A stretch of 64,000 nucleotides of DNA from a virus (IMGVR_UViG_3300028888_000107:1-64000); one strand, 5' to 3'; counted from the stretch's first letter, positions 18,512-28,042 are shown. Notes: generated by a model from the sequence alone, not told the origin. Numbers and translations: made by a program.

Positions 18512-19534
18512 CTACAACTTTTTACGGTAAACATACACCTTTTCATTTGTATCCACAAAATGCGTGGTTCCTTGTTCATCCCCTTTTGAACCATAAACAC
18601 GTTTGCCGTTGCTTAATTCAACATCTTCCAAAAACACAAAGCCAACCTCTGTTGCCATTTTGTGAAAATCATCAGCCATCTTGTAGTTTTCGGTGTTTTT
18701 GATGTTGTATGCAAAGAAACCATCATTTACAAGGTATTGCTTGCAATTTTCCATAGTTTTCCTTACATAAACATTTAGCCAATCTTTGTATTGGGGATAC
18801 AACTTTATGCTTTGCTCACCGTGTTTGTAATCTTCCAAATCAAAATAGGGCGGGCTGCTAAAGCACAAACCCATTTTGTTTGTCCATTCTTCCACAAAAA
18901 TTTCACTTCCTTGCGGTCTAATGTCCTTGTGTATTGGTGCAAACAACCTAAATGGATCCGAAGCATAATAATCTTCATACATATTGCCAAGTTGTTCAAC
19001 CAATTCAACATTGGGATCGGTTCCATAATAGTTGGTTTTCATTCTCATACTGCCCAAAAGCCTTGCACCCCAACCGCAACTGTAATCATAATAGTTTTTG
19101 TTTGGGCAATAATTTTCCAACATATAGTTTATAACCTGTATGGGAAATTGGGTTGCCTTTCTTGCAACACCCTTGCCGCCCAGTTGAACCATGTGCATAA
19201 ATTTTTTGCAAGGAGTTGGGTCGTCAAAGATGTGTGGGAATGCTTCTGCTTTTGCCATAAAAAAGCCAACAAGTTCTTTTGATTCAAGTACCTCGTTTAA
19301 CGAAAACTTATCACCGGCAAAACAAACATCCGATGCAATTTTTATAAAATACTTTTTGTATATCTCGCTTGTTACCGAACCACCGTTTGCCACTTTTCTA
19401 AATTGTGCATACAAGTCGCTTTTTGTAGGAACTTTATAGTATTCCTCAACTATTTCATTGTATTCCTCATCGGACAATTCCCTGTAAAACTTTGTTTTAA
19501 GGGTTTTACCGTTATGTGTTATTTCCTTAATCAT
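18512..19534 (-). CDS. Amino-type (m4C/m6A) DNA methyltransferase, paralogue A
   Basis: Motif I YYDYSCGWGARLLG, YYGTDPN, motif IV CFSSPPYFDLEDY. Confidence 0.85.
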   Translation of the reverse strand: MIKEITHNGKTLKTKFYRELSDEEYNEIVEEYYKVPTKSDLYAQFRKVANGGSVTSEIYKKYFIKIASDVCFAGDKFSLNEVLESKELVGFFMAKAEAFPHIFDDPTPCKKFMHMVQLGGKGVARKATQFPIQVINYMLENYCPNKNYYDYSCGWGARLLGSMRMKTNYYGTDPNVELVEQLGNMYEDYYASDPFRLFAPIHKDIRPQGSEIFVEEWTNKMGLCFSSPPYFDLEDYKHGEQSIKLYPQYKDWLNVYVRKTMENCKQYLVNDGFFAYNIKNTENYKMADDFHKMATEVGFVFLEDVELSNGKRVYGSKGDEQGTTHFVDTNEKVYVYRKKL

Positions 19535-19537
19535 ATT

Positions 19538-20611
19538 CTAAAACAACTTGTAAACCTTTCTGTGTTCGGGGTTTTTGCAAAAAACCATTATGCCTTCAAC
19601 ATTATCCACCAACTTGTTTCTATCATCTTCGTTTTTTCTTATTTTGGTTCTTTGCGACCTCCCAATAACCTTATCTTGTTCAACCTTTTTGAAACCAACT
19701 TCCAATGCCAACTTTTTTGTATCGCCAACCAAATCGTATTCGGAGAAATTTTTAATGTTAAGAATAAAATAACCTCCATCTATAAGGTACGCCATACAAT
19801 TTTCCATTGTTTTGACCATATAGCCGTTTAGCCAATCCTTGTATTCAACACCGGGTTTCCAACTTTGGTTTCCCGTTTTGTAATCTTCCAAGTTAAAGTA
19901 TGGGGGTGAACTAAAACACAAGCCCATTTTGTTTTCTATTTCATGGTGTCTTTCTTCGCTTCCGGTTGTCCATATTTTAAAGGTTGTTCTTGTGTCGTTT
20001 GTAACACGCAAATACCTTTGTCCCATTTTGGAAAGTCTTTCAACAAGTTTGTAGTTTGGATCCGTTCCATAATAGTTTATGTGGTTTCTTAAACTTCCTA
20101 TAAGTCTATCACCCCACCCGCAACTAAAGTCATAATAGTTGTTGTTCACATTGTACTTATCCAAAACAAGGTCAACTGTTTGCAAAGGAAACATTCCCGC
20201 TTTTTTGCAAACACCAGCACCAATTAGTTGCATTGACTTGTTCAAATGGGATAATAACCCATCTTTGGGGTCGTACACTTTTTTGTTTACATTCACATAC
20301 CTTAAAATATACCCAACAACTTCTTTGCTTCGCAATGCCTCGGCAGGTGACCAAACTGCATCGTAAAGCGTGGTTTCGCTTAAAATATCGTTTATGTAGT
20401 AACGGTTTAACGCACCTTTGTTGGTGCCGCCATAGGAAATGCTTCTTATATTTTCGTCAACTTCTTCCAAAGTTGGCTTTGCATAGTATTCCCTTACAAG
20501 ATTTTCGTATTCCTCATCAGTAATATCATAAAAGTAAGGACAAGTCATTTTCATTTTCTTGCCCTCGTGTTCAAGCCATTTAACACCGTTTTCTTCGTAA
20601 ATCATAATCAA
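19538..20611 (-). CDS. Amino-type (m4C/m6A) DNA methyltransferase, paralogue B
   Basis: YYDFSCGWGDRLIG, YYGTDPN, CFSSPPYFNLEDY; same architecture as 18512. Confidence 0.85.
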   Translation of the reverse strand: MIMIYEENGVKWLEHEGKKMKMTCPYFYDITDEEYENLVREYYAKPTLEEVDENIRSISYGGTNKGALNRYYINDILSETTLYDAVWSPAEALRSKEVVGYILRYVNVNKKVYDPKDGLLSHLNKSMQLIGAGVCKKAGMFPLQTVDLVLDKYNVNNNYYDFSCGWGDRLIGSLRNHINYYGTDPNYKLVERLSKMGQRYLRVTNDTRTTFKIWTTGSEERHHEIENKMGLCFSSPPYFNLEDYKTGNQSWKPGVEYKDWLNGYMVKTMENCMAYLIDGGYFILNIKNFSEYDLVGDTKKLALEVGFKKVEQDKVIGRSQRTKIRKNEDDRNKLVDNVEGIMVFCKNPEHRKVYKLF

Positions 20612-20621
20612 CTAAATTAAA

Positions 20622-20679
20622 ATGCAAAAATACAAATTATCCTAAAACACAAAAACATTAAAACAAAAAGTTATTAACA
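20622..20679 (-). promoter_or_regulatory. Early promoter cassette copy 3 (divergent, single box)
   Basis: CAAAAATA (reverse complement TATTTTTG) at 20625-20632 and GTTATTAACA at 20670-20679. Confidence 0.65.
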
Positions 20680-20709
20680 TTTCACATCGCATATATCCAA
20701 CATATATCG

Positions 20710-21465
20710 TTATTTTATCAAAAGATGGTCGTATTGCTGGTGGTATTGCTTGCAAAGAGAAAGAAAATTTTTGGCATATTCAACAAGTTCCTTTTCCTCC
20801 ACATACACCAATTGGGGTGAATCGTTTTCAACAGCTATCCAAAGTTCAGCGTGGTGAACCTTTATTCTAAAGATTTGGTAGTATGCAACAAAATACGCTC
20901 CAAGTTGAAGATAGTAACCGGTTAGCCACTCTTTTCTTTTTTTGCGTTTTGAAGTTTTAAAGTCAACCAACACATATTCATCAGCATGGTTTTTCATTAC
21001 AAAATCACACCTACCGGCATATCCTCCACAAGTAAGGGAATACAAGGTATCTTCCATACTTACAACATCCTTTACCCTTTCGAAAAACCCGCACCACATA
21101 AGGCTATTGAACAATTCGTTTCCACACTTTAGTTCATCGGACGTGTAGCCGTTTTCTTGAACAAAGGCATTCATTTTTTTGTTTACATCCAACAACCTAT
21201 CGTTTTTGTTTTCTATGTCGCTTGTAAACCAATATTCAAGTTTTTGGTGCATACAAGTTCCACGATTGGCGGAAAACGTCATAATTCGGTTTGCCTCTTC
21301 TTCGCCAATGTTCTTTCTCCAATTATCAAGGCTGCTGTGGTCGGTCATTGCACCTATAATGGTGGTAACGGATGGCAACTTGTAAAGCACGCCATCCTTT
21401 TCTATGTTGTAGTATCGTTTGTTATCTATGGACTCTGTTAATTCAAGGCTTTCCTTTGTTGCCAT
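20710..21465 (-). CDS. PD-(D/E)XK exonuclease
   Basis: LPSVTT, RGTCMH, YAGRCD, LVDFKTS and QLGAY. Confidence 0.85.
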   Translation of the reverse strand: MATKESLELTESIDNKRYYNIEKDGVLYKLPSVTTIIGAMTDHSSLDNWRKNIGEEEANRIMTFSANRGTCMHQKLEYWFTSDIENKNDRLLDVNKKMNAFVQENGYTSDELKCGNELFNSLMWCGFFERVKDVVSMEDTLYSLTCGGYAGRCDFVMKNHADEYVLVDFKTSKRKKRKEWLTGYYLQLGAYFVAYYQIFRIKVHHAELWIAVENDSPQLVYVEEKELVEYAKNFLSLCKQYHQQYDHLLIK

Positions 21466-21492
21466 ATTTTCATTTTAAATATATATGATAAT

Positions 21493-22425
21493 CTATTTGT
21501 TGTCTAACACGTAATCACTTGTTCCTAAAGTGTGTGGAAGTTTATCGACATAACAATCATAAGCCACTTTTGAAACAATGTTTTTTAACTTGTTTTTGTA
21601 TGTTGTCATTTTATTGTTTATCCATCTTTTAAACCCATCGTATGATTTAAACTTATTGTTTGATAATTTGTTTGCGTATTTAAGAATAAGTTCTTTGTGT
21701 TTGTCATCTTTCACTTCTAAAAATTGTTCGCACCAGCAAAATACAAGTTTGTAATTTTTGTAAAAGTTAGTTCTTTTTATGTATTCCAACACATCGTTTA
21801 CAGATAGAAAAGTTCCATCATATTCCAAAAGTTCGCCTTTTATTGTTCCTATAAACGCATTTCTTTCAAAATCAACAAGCATATACATAACGCTGCCGAC
21901 CATTTTTTCTATTGGGTCATTATTGTTTGTCATTTCAAAATAACCCAAATCCTTTGCAACTTTTTCAAGTGTGTTTCCTTGTTTTCTTAAATTATAATCT
22001 TCATAGGCGTGTTGAAGTTCGTGCATTAATGTACCCAAGTTGACACTTTTTTTGTTTAGTTGAATTTGTATGCTTTGAAATTTTTCACTATTTTTTAATG
22101 TTTTGGTTTTTGAAAAAGCATAGCCCGTTAACCCATCTTCTGTTATGACCAATATAATATTTTTGGTAAAGTTACATTCAGGTGTGTGTACGTTTATTGT
22201 TTTGTCGGATGAACTTTTTGCAATGTTTAACAATTTCCAAGCCAATGCTTCACAATTGTTGAAAACACCATGTTTTTCAAGTATTTTGTTTTTGTTAAAC
22301 CTGTTCTCATTGGAATAATAAAATTGTCTATTTTCATCTCCACAATAAAATTCTATAAACAAATGAGGTTCTAATATATTATTATAATTTATTAAAAATT
22401 CATCAAATTTTAAAATTTTATTCAT
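21493..22425 (-). CDS. Zincin-like (HExxH) protein with capsid-targeting-like N-terminus, paralogue A
   Basis: MNKILKFDEFL; LMHELQHAYED; downstream ERNAF Glu. Confidence 0.6.
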   Translation of the reverse strand: MNKILKFDEFLINYNNILEPHLFIEFYCGDENRQFYYSNENRFNKNKILEKHGVFNNCEALAWKLLNIAKSSSDKTINVHTPECNFTKNIILVITEDGLTGYAFSKTKTLKNSEKFQSIQIQLNKKSVNLGTLMHELQHAYEDYNLRKQGNTLEKVAKDLGYFEMTNNNDPIEKMVGSVMYMLVDFERNAFIGTIKGELLEYDGTFLSVNDVLEYIKRTNFYKNYKLVFCWCEQFLEVKDDKHKELILKYANKLSNNKFKSYDGFKRWINNKMTTYKNKLKNIVSKVAYDCYVDKLPHTLGTSDYVLDNK

Positions 22426-22436
22426 TTATGCGTTGT

Positions 22437-23393
22437 TTATATTTTTGAATTTATGTAATTTGTCATAGCTGTGGAATCCGCAAACCCTTTTGACATTTTT
22501 TCCGAAAACACTTCGTATGCCATTTTTGGTATAATTGTGTTAAACTTTCTTTTGTAGGAATACAACATGGCATTCAACCATCTTTTAACATCTTTATATT
22601 CCATAAAATAGAAATTTGTAATTTTGCCCAAATAATTCAAAACCTTTATCTTATCCTCTTTGTTTTTTATTTCCAAAAATTCGTTTGTCCACTCAAACGC
22701 ATCTTCGTATTGCTGGTAAAAACCCGTGCTTTTTATAAAATCGCAAACAGAATTTATTGTTGTAAACTTTTTCGGGGATTCCATAAGTTCCCCATATATG
22801 GAATTTATGTATGCGTTTCTTTCAAAGGATGTGTACAAATAAACCAATTTGTAAAGTTTGCGTTCCATTGTGTTTGATGGTTTGGAAAGGTTTACCATTA
22901 GTTTTTTGTAGCCAATTTTTTCCAATTTTTTATCGGTGCTTGAACCTTTTTTTCTTAATTCACAATCCTCTTTTGCGTGTTGAAGTTCGTGCATAATAAC
23001 CGATAATTTTAACTTGTCTTTTGATGAAATTATTATTGTTATTTCATCAAACAAACCTTCGTTTTGGTTAAACACAGACTCGTTATAGGCATAGGCGGCA
23101 ACCCCAAAAACATCTTCATCATATTCAACAATAACCTTTTTTGCCACATTGTTGGCGGGCATTTCTATTGTTATTGTTGAATGGTTTTTTAGTTCAACAC
23201 CTTTTGCCTTTTTTATAATTTCTTCGGACATTTCCAAGCATTTGTCAAAAATGCCGTATTTTTCAAAAAGCGTAGTTGTTGATGTCAAGGACTCACCAAT
23301 ATATAGAAAATTTCGGTTTTCATCACCGTAATAAAATTCTATAAAAAGGTGAGATAAAAAAACTATTGCCAGATGCTTTTTCATATTCTTCAA
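22437..23393 (-). CDS. Zincin-like (HExxH) protein, paralogue B
   Basis: IMHELQHAKED and ERNAY; shares HLFIEFY.GDENR and EK.G.F with paralogue A. Confidence 0.6.
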   Translation of the reverse strand: MKNMKKHLAIVFLSHLFIEFYYGDENRNFLYIGESLTSTTTLFEKYGIFDKCLEMSEEIIKKAKGVELKNHSTITIEMPANNVAKKVIVEYDEDVFGVAAYAYNESVFNQNEGLFDEITIIISSKDKLKLSVIMHELQHAKEDCELRKKGSSTDKKLEKIGYKKLMVNLSKPSNTMERKLYKLVYLYTSFERNAYINSIYGELMESPKKFTTINSVCDFIKSTGFYQQYEDAFEWTNEFLEIKNKEDKIKVLNYLGKITNFYFMEYKDVKRWLNAMLYSYKRKFNTIIPKMAYEVFSEKMSKGFADSTAMTNYINSKI

Positions 23394-23426
23394 AACTTAA
23401 AATTCTTCCCATAACCAAATTTGGTT

Positions 23427-23813
23427 CTACAAAAACAATAGAATGACCAATTTGTCAAAAACATCCGAGTTACGCAGAACAACCTTGCAATAGTCGCAAG
23501 TGTAAACACCGTTTTCATAGCAAGGCTCACAAACCGCAAAACCTTTTTCTTTGAAAATGTATTGTGTGCGAACAATGGTGTCGTTAAGCAACACGGTTTT
23601 TTCCTTTGCAATGTTAAAGTTTGAAGTGTATTGCTTTCCGTTTTCAAAAAGTGTAAGTGTAAAGACATCGGTTGTGTCGTTAAATGTAACATCAACCATT
23701 CTTTCAACACTTATGAACTCACCGCCAGCATAACCCTTTACAATGGCGGGTGTTTGGGCGTTTGCCAAAAGGCAAATTGTCATTAAAGCCAATAAGTTAA
23801 AAAATCTTTTCAT
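23427..23813 (-). CDS. Secreted protein with Sec/SPI signal peptide
   Basis: MKRFFNLLALMTICLLANA|Q; Gln at +1 is typical of Bacteroidota exported proteins. Confidence 0.7.
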   Translation of the reverse strand: MKRFFNLLALMTICLLANAQTPAIVKGYAGGEFISVERMVDVTFNDTTDVFTLTLFENGKQYTSNFNIAKEKTVLLNDTIVRTQYIFKEKGFAVCEPCYENGVYTCDYCKVVLRNSDVFDKLVILLFL

Positions 23814-23834
23814 AATCGTTTGTTTTATGCTTTA

Positions 23835-24212
23835 TTAATCCACATTTATTACCAATTCATATTTTTCGGCAAACCAACGCAACTTTTCGGTTAAATGGTT
23901 GCCAAACATCTTGTAATGAAAATTTCGTGCATCATCAAACACCTTTGGATTGTTGTCGTTTTTTTCATAAAGGTCTGCACGTATTTCTTGTATATAGGTT
24001 GCGTCTTCCATAAATTCAATATGGTTAAAGTTTTCATCTTTGAACCTATCTTTAAGGAAACAAGTCAAGCCTTTAATAATGGGGACACAACTAATTTCGG
24101 AATACCAAAGTTTGTTTTCAAATTCCTTTAAGTAATATTCAATATCAAACATTACCATTTCACCGCTTCGGTTTTCTATACCGTTTGGTCTGTAAATTAT
24201 TTGGTATGTCAT
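23835..24212 (-). CDS. Hypothetical protein
   Basis: 125-aa packed ORF. Confidence 0.55.
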   Translation of the reverse strand: MTYQIIYRPNGIENRSGEMVMFDIEYYLKEFENKLWYSEISCVPIIKGLTCFLKDRFKDENFNHIEFMEDATYIQEIRADLYEKNDNNPKVFDDARNFHYKMFGNHLTEKLRWFAEKYELVINVD

Positions 24213-24223
24213 ATTGTAAGGTT

Positions 24224-24661
24224 TTAGAAAATGAGTTTTAATGCAACAACAATACCCGCAACGATTAAACCTGTTGCAAAAAACAACCCAAGCAAGCGTC
24301 CTATTGATGTGTACTTTCTATCAGGTGAAAGCACAACAAGGACGGAGTTTGTTCCATCAAATTGTTCATAGTATTCGGGATACATTATAAGTTCGGATAA
24401 CCTTAATTCGTTTAGCAAGTTGCTTAACGGACCAAGTTGTTCCTTTATGTACATATCTACCGCTATGTTTCTTTCTATGGTTTCGTTTATGCTTTTTTGG
24501 GGCAAGTTGTTTAGGTCATCGGGTATATCAATAACGGTGTAAACCCTTCCGATCCAATCAACATCAAAGCCAAGTTCGTTTAGTTTGTCCTTGTTTTCGT
24601 TGACTGTTTTTTTAACTATGTTCCAAATTTTTATTTCCCTAATTAAATTTTTAATATACAT
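24224..24661 (-). CDS. Hypothetical protein with C-terminal transmembrane anchor
   Basis: Ends LLGLFFATGLIVAGIVVALKLIF. Confidence 0.65.
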   Translation of the reverse strand: MYIKNLIREIKIWNIVKKTVNENKDKLNELGFDVDWIGRVYTVIDIPDDLNNLPQKSINETIERNIAVDMYIKEQLGPLSNLLNELRLSELIMYPEYYEQFDGTNSVLVVLSPDRKYTSIGRLLGLFFATGLIVAGIVVALKLIF

Positions 24662-24662
24662 A

Positions 24663-25355
24663 TCACTTTGCCTTTGAAATTATTTTCATAATGTTATCGT
24701 ATGTAACTGGTGCGTACCCGCAAAAGTCAACACCCACATTAAAACGTCTTTCTTTTTTAAGGTTTGGGGGTGTTGGGATTGTACCACCGTGCAAGTTTAC
24801 AACGCCCTTTTCTTTTCCATTCCAATCAAGCAAAGGGTAATGGGATAACACAATACCGTATTCGGGCATTTCCACAATGTTGTTGTGCAACACCAAAAAG
24901 TCATCGTTGTTGTCTTCTATTTTCTTTTGCAAAAACGCAAACATGCTTTCCGATGTGGTTAAGCCAACACTTTCGTATGCCTTGTATGAAATGTAGTCGC
25001 TTTCAAAAAGATTGCCAAAATTTGACACACCCCCGGTTTCGCTTGATAAAACAGATGTTAAAAGGTCGTTGTTTTGTATAACGCAACGCTTGTCAAAATC
25101 GGTTGGCAAAAGAACCTTTATGCCACGAAGCATATTCAAAAGCATATCGTATCTTGAAAAGTCGTACACAAAGTTGCCAAGCACAAACACCACATCATCT
25201 TCCCTTACATTTATGTTCCATTTTTCAATAAGGGTATCGTTCATACCCTCAACTGTTTTGAAGTTTCTTTTTCTAATGTCTATTATGTTATCACGGTAAA
25301 GCCACAAATCGCTTGTAAAAAACAGCCTTCTTTTCTTGTCCTTTTTATCCGCCAT
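24663..25355 (-). CDS. Calcineurin-like metallophosphoesterase, apparently catalytically degenerate
   Basis: Family framework intact (FFTSD, MNDTLIEKWN, VFVLG, LSHYPL..W, NVGVD) but metal ligands are altered. Confidence 0.75.
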   Translation of the reverse strand: MADKKDKKRRLFFTSDLWLYRDNIIDIRKRNFKTVEGMNDTLIEKWNINVREDDVVFVLGNFVYDFSRYDMLLNMLRGIKVLLPTDFDKRCVIQNNDLLTSVLSSETGGVSNFGNLFESDYISYKAYESVGLTTSESMFAFLQKKIEDNNDDFLVLHNNIVEMPEYGIVLSHYPLLDWNGKEKGVVNLHGGTIPTPPNLKKERRFNVGVDFCGYAPVTYDNIMKIISKAK

Positions 25356-25358
25356 GTT

Positions 25359-25829
25359 TTAAAAGTTTAAGTTTCTTATTAAAATGTTTTGTTTGTTAAA
25401 GCCTTTGAATTGTTTTCTATCGGCATTCATTCTCCTAAACACGCTATCAACATCATTTCTTTTTAGCAACCTGAACAACCTTTCCCAAAAAGGTATTTTT
25501 AGGTAGATTACAACAAAGTTGTGTATGTTTTTGTCGTGCAACATATTTATATATTCGGGGGTTAGCACAAAAACATCCTTGTTTTTCCATTCGCCTTTCC
25601 TTAACCCGTACCACCAGTTGTTGTAGGAGTATGAAAAAAGGTAATCGCTTTTGTCAAAATTTTCCTCGCTTTTAAAGTAGTAATCAACACCATCCTTTTC
25701 ACCCTTCCTTATGGGTCGTGTTGTATCAAGAACACCTGCAAGAAACCCCTTGTTGGCAAAAACGTTTTTAAGGTAATCCTTGCCGCTTGCCGCCGGTCCC
25801 GTTATTACTATTTTTGTTTTGTTAGCCAT
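25359..25829 (-). CDS. gmk: Guanylate kinase-like protein
   Basis: ITGPAASGKD, TTRPIRKGEKDGVDYYF and WYG; start likely MANKTK. Confidence 0.85.
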   Translation of the reverse strand: MANKTKIVITGPAASGKDYLKNVFANKGFLAGVLDTTRPIRKGEKDGVDYYFKSEENFDKSDYLFSYSYNNWWYGLRKGEWKNKDVFVLTPEYINMLHDKNIHNFVVIYLKIPFWERLFRLLKRNDVDSVFRRMNADRKQFKGFNKQNILIRNLNF

Positions 25830-25832
25830 AAC

Positions 25833-25840
25833 TATAAATA
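25833..25840 (+). promoter_or_regulatory. Possible late promoter TATAAATA
   Basis: Exact match about 47 nt upstream of 25887. Confidence 0.4.
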
Positions 25841-25855
25841 AACCATACATATTTA

Positions 25856-25866
25856 ATATAATAAAA
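25856..25866 (-). promoter_or_regulatory. TTTTATTATAT motif
   Basis: 27 nt upstream of the probable gmk start. Confidence 0.35.
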
Positions 25867-25886
25867 AAACCAAGATTTTTTGATTT

Positions 25887-26540
25887 ATGCCCACAATCTT
25901 TTACACCGATGATAGTGTTTTAAAGCATTTGCCAAAAAGCATAGAAGAGGCTGAAAACATATTGGACGAATACACTGAAATTATAAACAAAACAATTGAA
26001 TCAATCTCACAAGTTTGCTATGCCACCCCAAACGGCATAACACCAACCAACAAAGGTGTTGAACCTGTTGACTATATAAACCACCTTTTTGATAAATACT
26101 ACAACAACGCATACAGCGAAAACATTTTTAAGTATTGCGATATGTTGTTGCTTTGCGAAGAATACGATAAAAACCCAAAGGGGGATAACTACTTTAAAAC
26201 CCTTCAACGTGAAATTACAATAAACGATAACATTTCCTCGGAAAAGGAACGAATGGTTTTGTACAGGAAATTATGGAACGAAAACAAAGAGATGGAAGAA
26301 AGGTTAAAGGCGTTTATGTCCGCATCCCCAAAGGATGTAACACCCGATGGCAAAGATTGTTTGGAATACATTGCAAAGGAACTTGATTCACTTTTTTCAA
26401 TAATATTGGAAAACAACATTGAAATGCTTAAACTCACTTTTCTTGAAAACGAAAGCCTGTGCTACAACACAAAGGAATGCAAAGGGTTGGGGCAAAGCGA
26501 AAAGCAAGAACTTTTTTACGATACAAAAGTTAAACATTAA
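25887..26540 (+). CDS. Hypothetical helical protein
   Basis: 217-aa ORF opening a plus-strand island. Confidence 0.6.
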   Translation: MPTIFYTDDSVLKHLPKSIEEAENILDEYTEIINKTIESISQVCYATPNGITPTNKGVEPVDYINHLFDKYYNNAYSENIFKYCDMLLLCEEYDKNPKGDNYFKTLQREITINDNISSEKERMVLYRKLWNENKEMEERLKAFMSASPKDVTPDGKDCLEYIAKELDSLFSIILENNIEMLKLTFLENESLCYNTKECKGLGQSEKQELFYDTKVKH

Positions 26541-26545
26541 CAGTA

Positions 26546-26755
26546 ATGAAAACTACAATTTGGGTTGCAAGGGATATGAGTGGCGAACTTAACTTTTTTA
26601 AGTCCGAACCAAAAGAGTATATTGGCGGTACCTTTTACCACAAAAGCATTTTGCGTATTGGCGAATACCTTGCCGATAAGTACAAATGGGTCACCTATGA
26701 AATGTCCCCTGTTGAATTAAACCTTTCCATTACAAAAAAGAAAAAAGGTGTATAA
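26546..26755 (+). CDS. Small hypothetical protein (WVARD motif)
   Basis: 69 aa; the WVARD.SG.L..F...P pattern recurs in gut phages. Confidence 0.55.
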   Translation: MKTTIWVARDMSGELNFFKSEPKEYIGGTFYHKSILRIGEYLADKYKWVTYEMSPVELNLSITKKKKGV

Positions 26756-26758
26756 ATA
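26751..26758 (+). promoter_or_regulatory. Late promoter TATAAATA
   Basis: Exact match 19 nt upstream of ATG 26777. Confidence 0.65.
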
Positions 26759-26776
26759 CTAAAAACAAATATTGCT

Positions 26777-27274
26777 ATGCACATTTTTAGAATAAACGAA
26801 ATGTATTCCGTCCATCCAGAAAACTTGGGTGAATTTAGGGAATACCTTATGCAAAACGGTTACGAAATTGAAGAAAGGGAAACAAACCACGAATACAGGG
26901 GCAGTAAGAAAGGCATTATGATATGTGTAAAGGATAAAAAAAGACCCAACTACACCATTTGCTTTGATTTTACATCCGATAAACCCAATGCGTATGAATT
27001 TTTGTATTTTGTTGAAAAGGATGGTGAAAAAGACAACTTCTTTTACATAGGAAGCACAATGGAAATAGAATACGTTAAGGATTTGAACCTTTTGCTTGAT
27101 GTGAAGGGAACATATAAAAAGTATTTTGTGGATTATAGAAAAAAGATGTTAAAGAAAGCGGAAGCCGCTTACAAAAGGGATGTTATGAAAAACGGACGCT
27201 TTGCTTCCGATTATGATTTGGAAATAGCACGTGAAAAACTTAAATTGGCTGAACAAAAATATAATAATATATAA
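26777..27274 (+). CDS. Hypothetical late protein with capsid-targeting-like N-terminus
   Basis: MHIFRINEMY. Confidence 0.6.
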   Translation: MHIFRINEMYSVHPENLGEFREYLMQNGYEIEERETNHEYRGSKKGIMICVKDKKRPNYTICFDFTSDKPNAYEFLYFVEKDGEKDNFFYIGSTMEIEYVKDLNLLLDVKGTYKKYFVDYRKKMLKKAEAAYKRDVMKNGRFASDYDLEIAREKLKLAEQKYNNI

Positions 27275-27309
27275 TAAAAGATATAACACATATTAAAAGA
27301 ATAAATGAA

Positions 27310-27933
27310 ATGCATCCAAGCACTTATTTAAGTGCTGCAGATAAAAGAGAGGCGCAAATAAAACAAACACCAAAAGAGTTAAGAAAAAATTTGCCAAAAC
27401 ATATATTGGAATCACCTAAAAAATTAAGGTCACATGCACAAAAAATGGACAAAACCCCCAAAGTTTATGAATTAATTACACGCTCTAATGAAAGTCTTAC
27501 AAGATTTAGTTGTGATTATAATGAATTTGAATGGGTTGATAAAAGCAGATGGATTAATTATATGGCAAGCACTTATGAAGCGTGCTATTTAACAAAAGAT
27601 GATATTAAAGAAGTTAAAAATAATAAAGAAAATAGTGATATAAAATATAAGTTTAACGAAAATTCACTTAAAGACAATGTTGAATACCCATTTGTTTTGG
27701 TTGATGGTGGTGGATGGAATAATACTTGCTATATGTTATTACTTGACATTGAAAGTGCCACACCAGATGAATGGGAGTATGACACCGAAGTTGTAAAATT
27801 TATAGCAACAAAATACCAATTATATGATGGAATTATAGATTTTAGTCTCCTTGACGATGGTTCTAATGAAGATGAAGTAAAAGAGGCTGAACAAAATTGG
27901 GATAATATGATACACAGATTAATGAAAAAATAA
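27310..27933 (+). CDS. Hypothetical protein
   Basis: 207 aa, AT-rich. Confidence 0.55.
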   Translation: MHPSTYLSAADKREAQIKQTPKELRKNLPKHILESPKKLRSHAQKMDKTPKVYELITRSNESLTRFSCDYNEFEWVDKSRWINYMASTYEACYLTKDDIKEVKNNKENSDIKYKFNENSLKDNVEYPFVLVDGGGWNNTCYMLLLDIESATPDEWEYDTEVVKFIATKYQLYDGIIDFSLLDDGSNEDEVKEAEQNWDNMIHRLMKK

Positions 27934-27991
27934 ACATAACACTTTTTAAGAAAGAAAAAAGTTAAATTATAAACCACATAACACAACAAAC

Positions 27992-28022
27992 AAAAAGGTG
28001 CGTCAAAAACGCACCTTTTTTT
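27992..28022. terminator. Bidirectional rho-independent terminator
   Basis: aaaaa-ggtgcgt-caaaa-acgcacc-ttttttt between convergent genes. Confidence 0.9.
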
Positions 28023-28042
28023 CATAAATCATTAACCTAAAT

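Noticed and set aside
20710-21465. Cas4 or CRISPR adaptation gene
   Set aside because: It lacks the four-Cys Fe-S pattern and has no cas genes or array nearby; it fits an ordinary phage PD-(D/E)XK exonuclease.
24663-25355. Missing gp47/Mre11 partner of gp46
   Set aside because: Too short, belongs to the small phage phosphoesterase type, and lacks the metal ligands.
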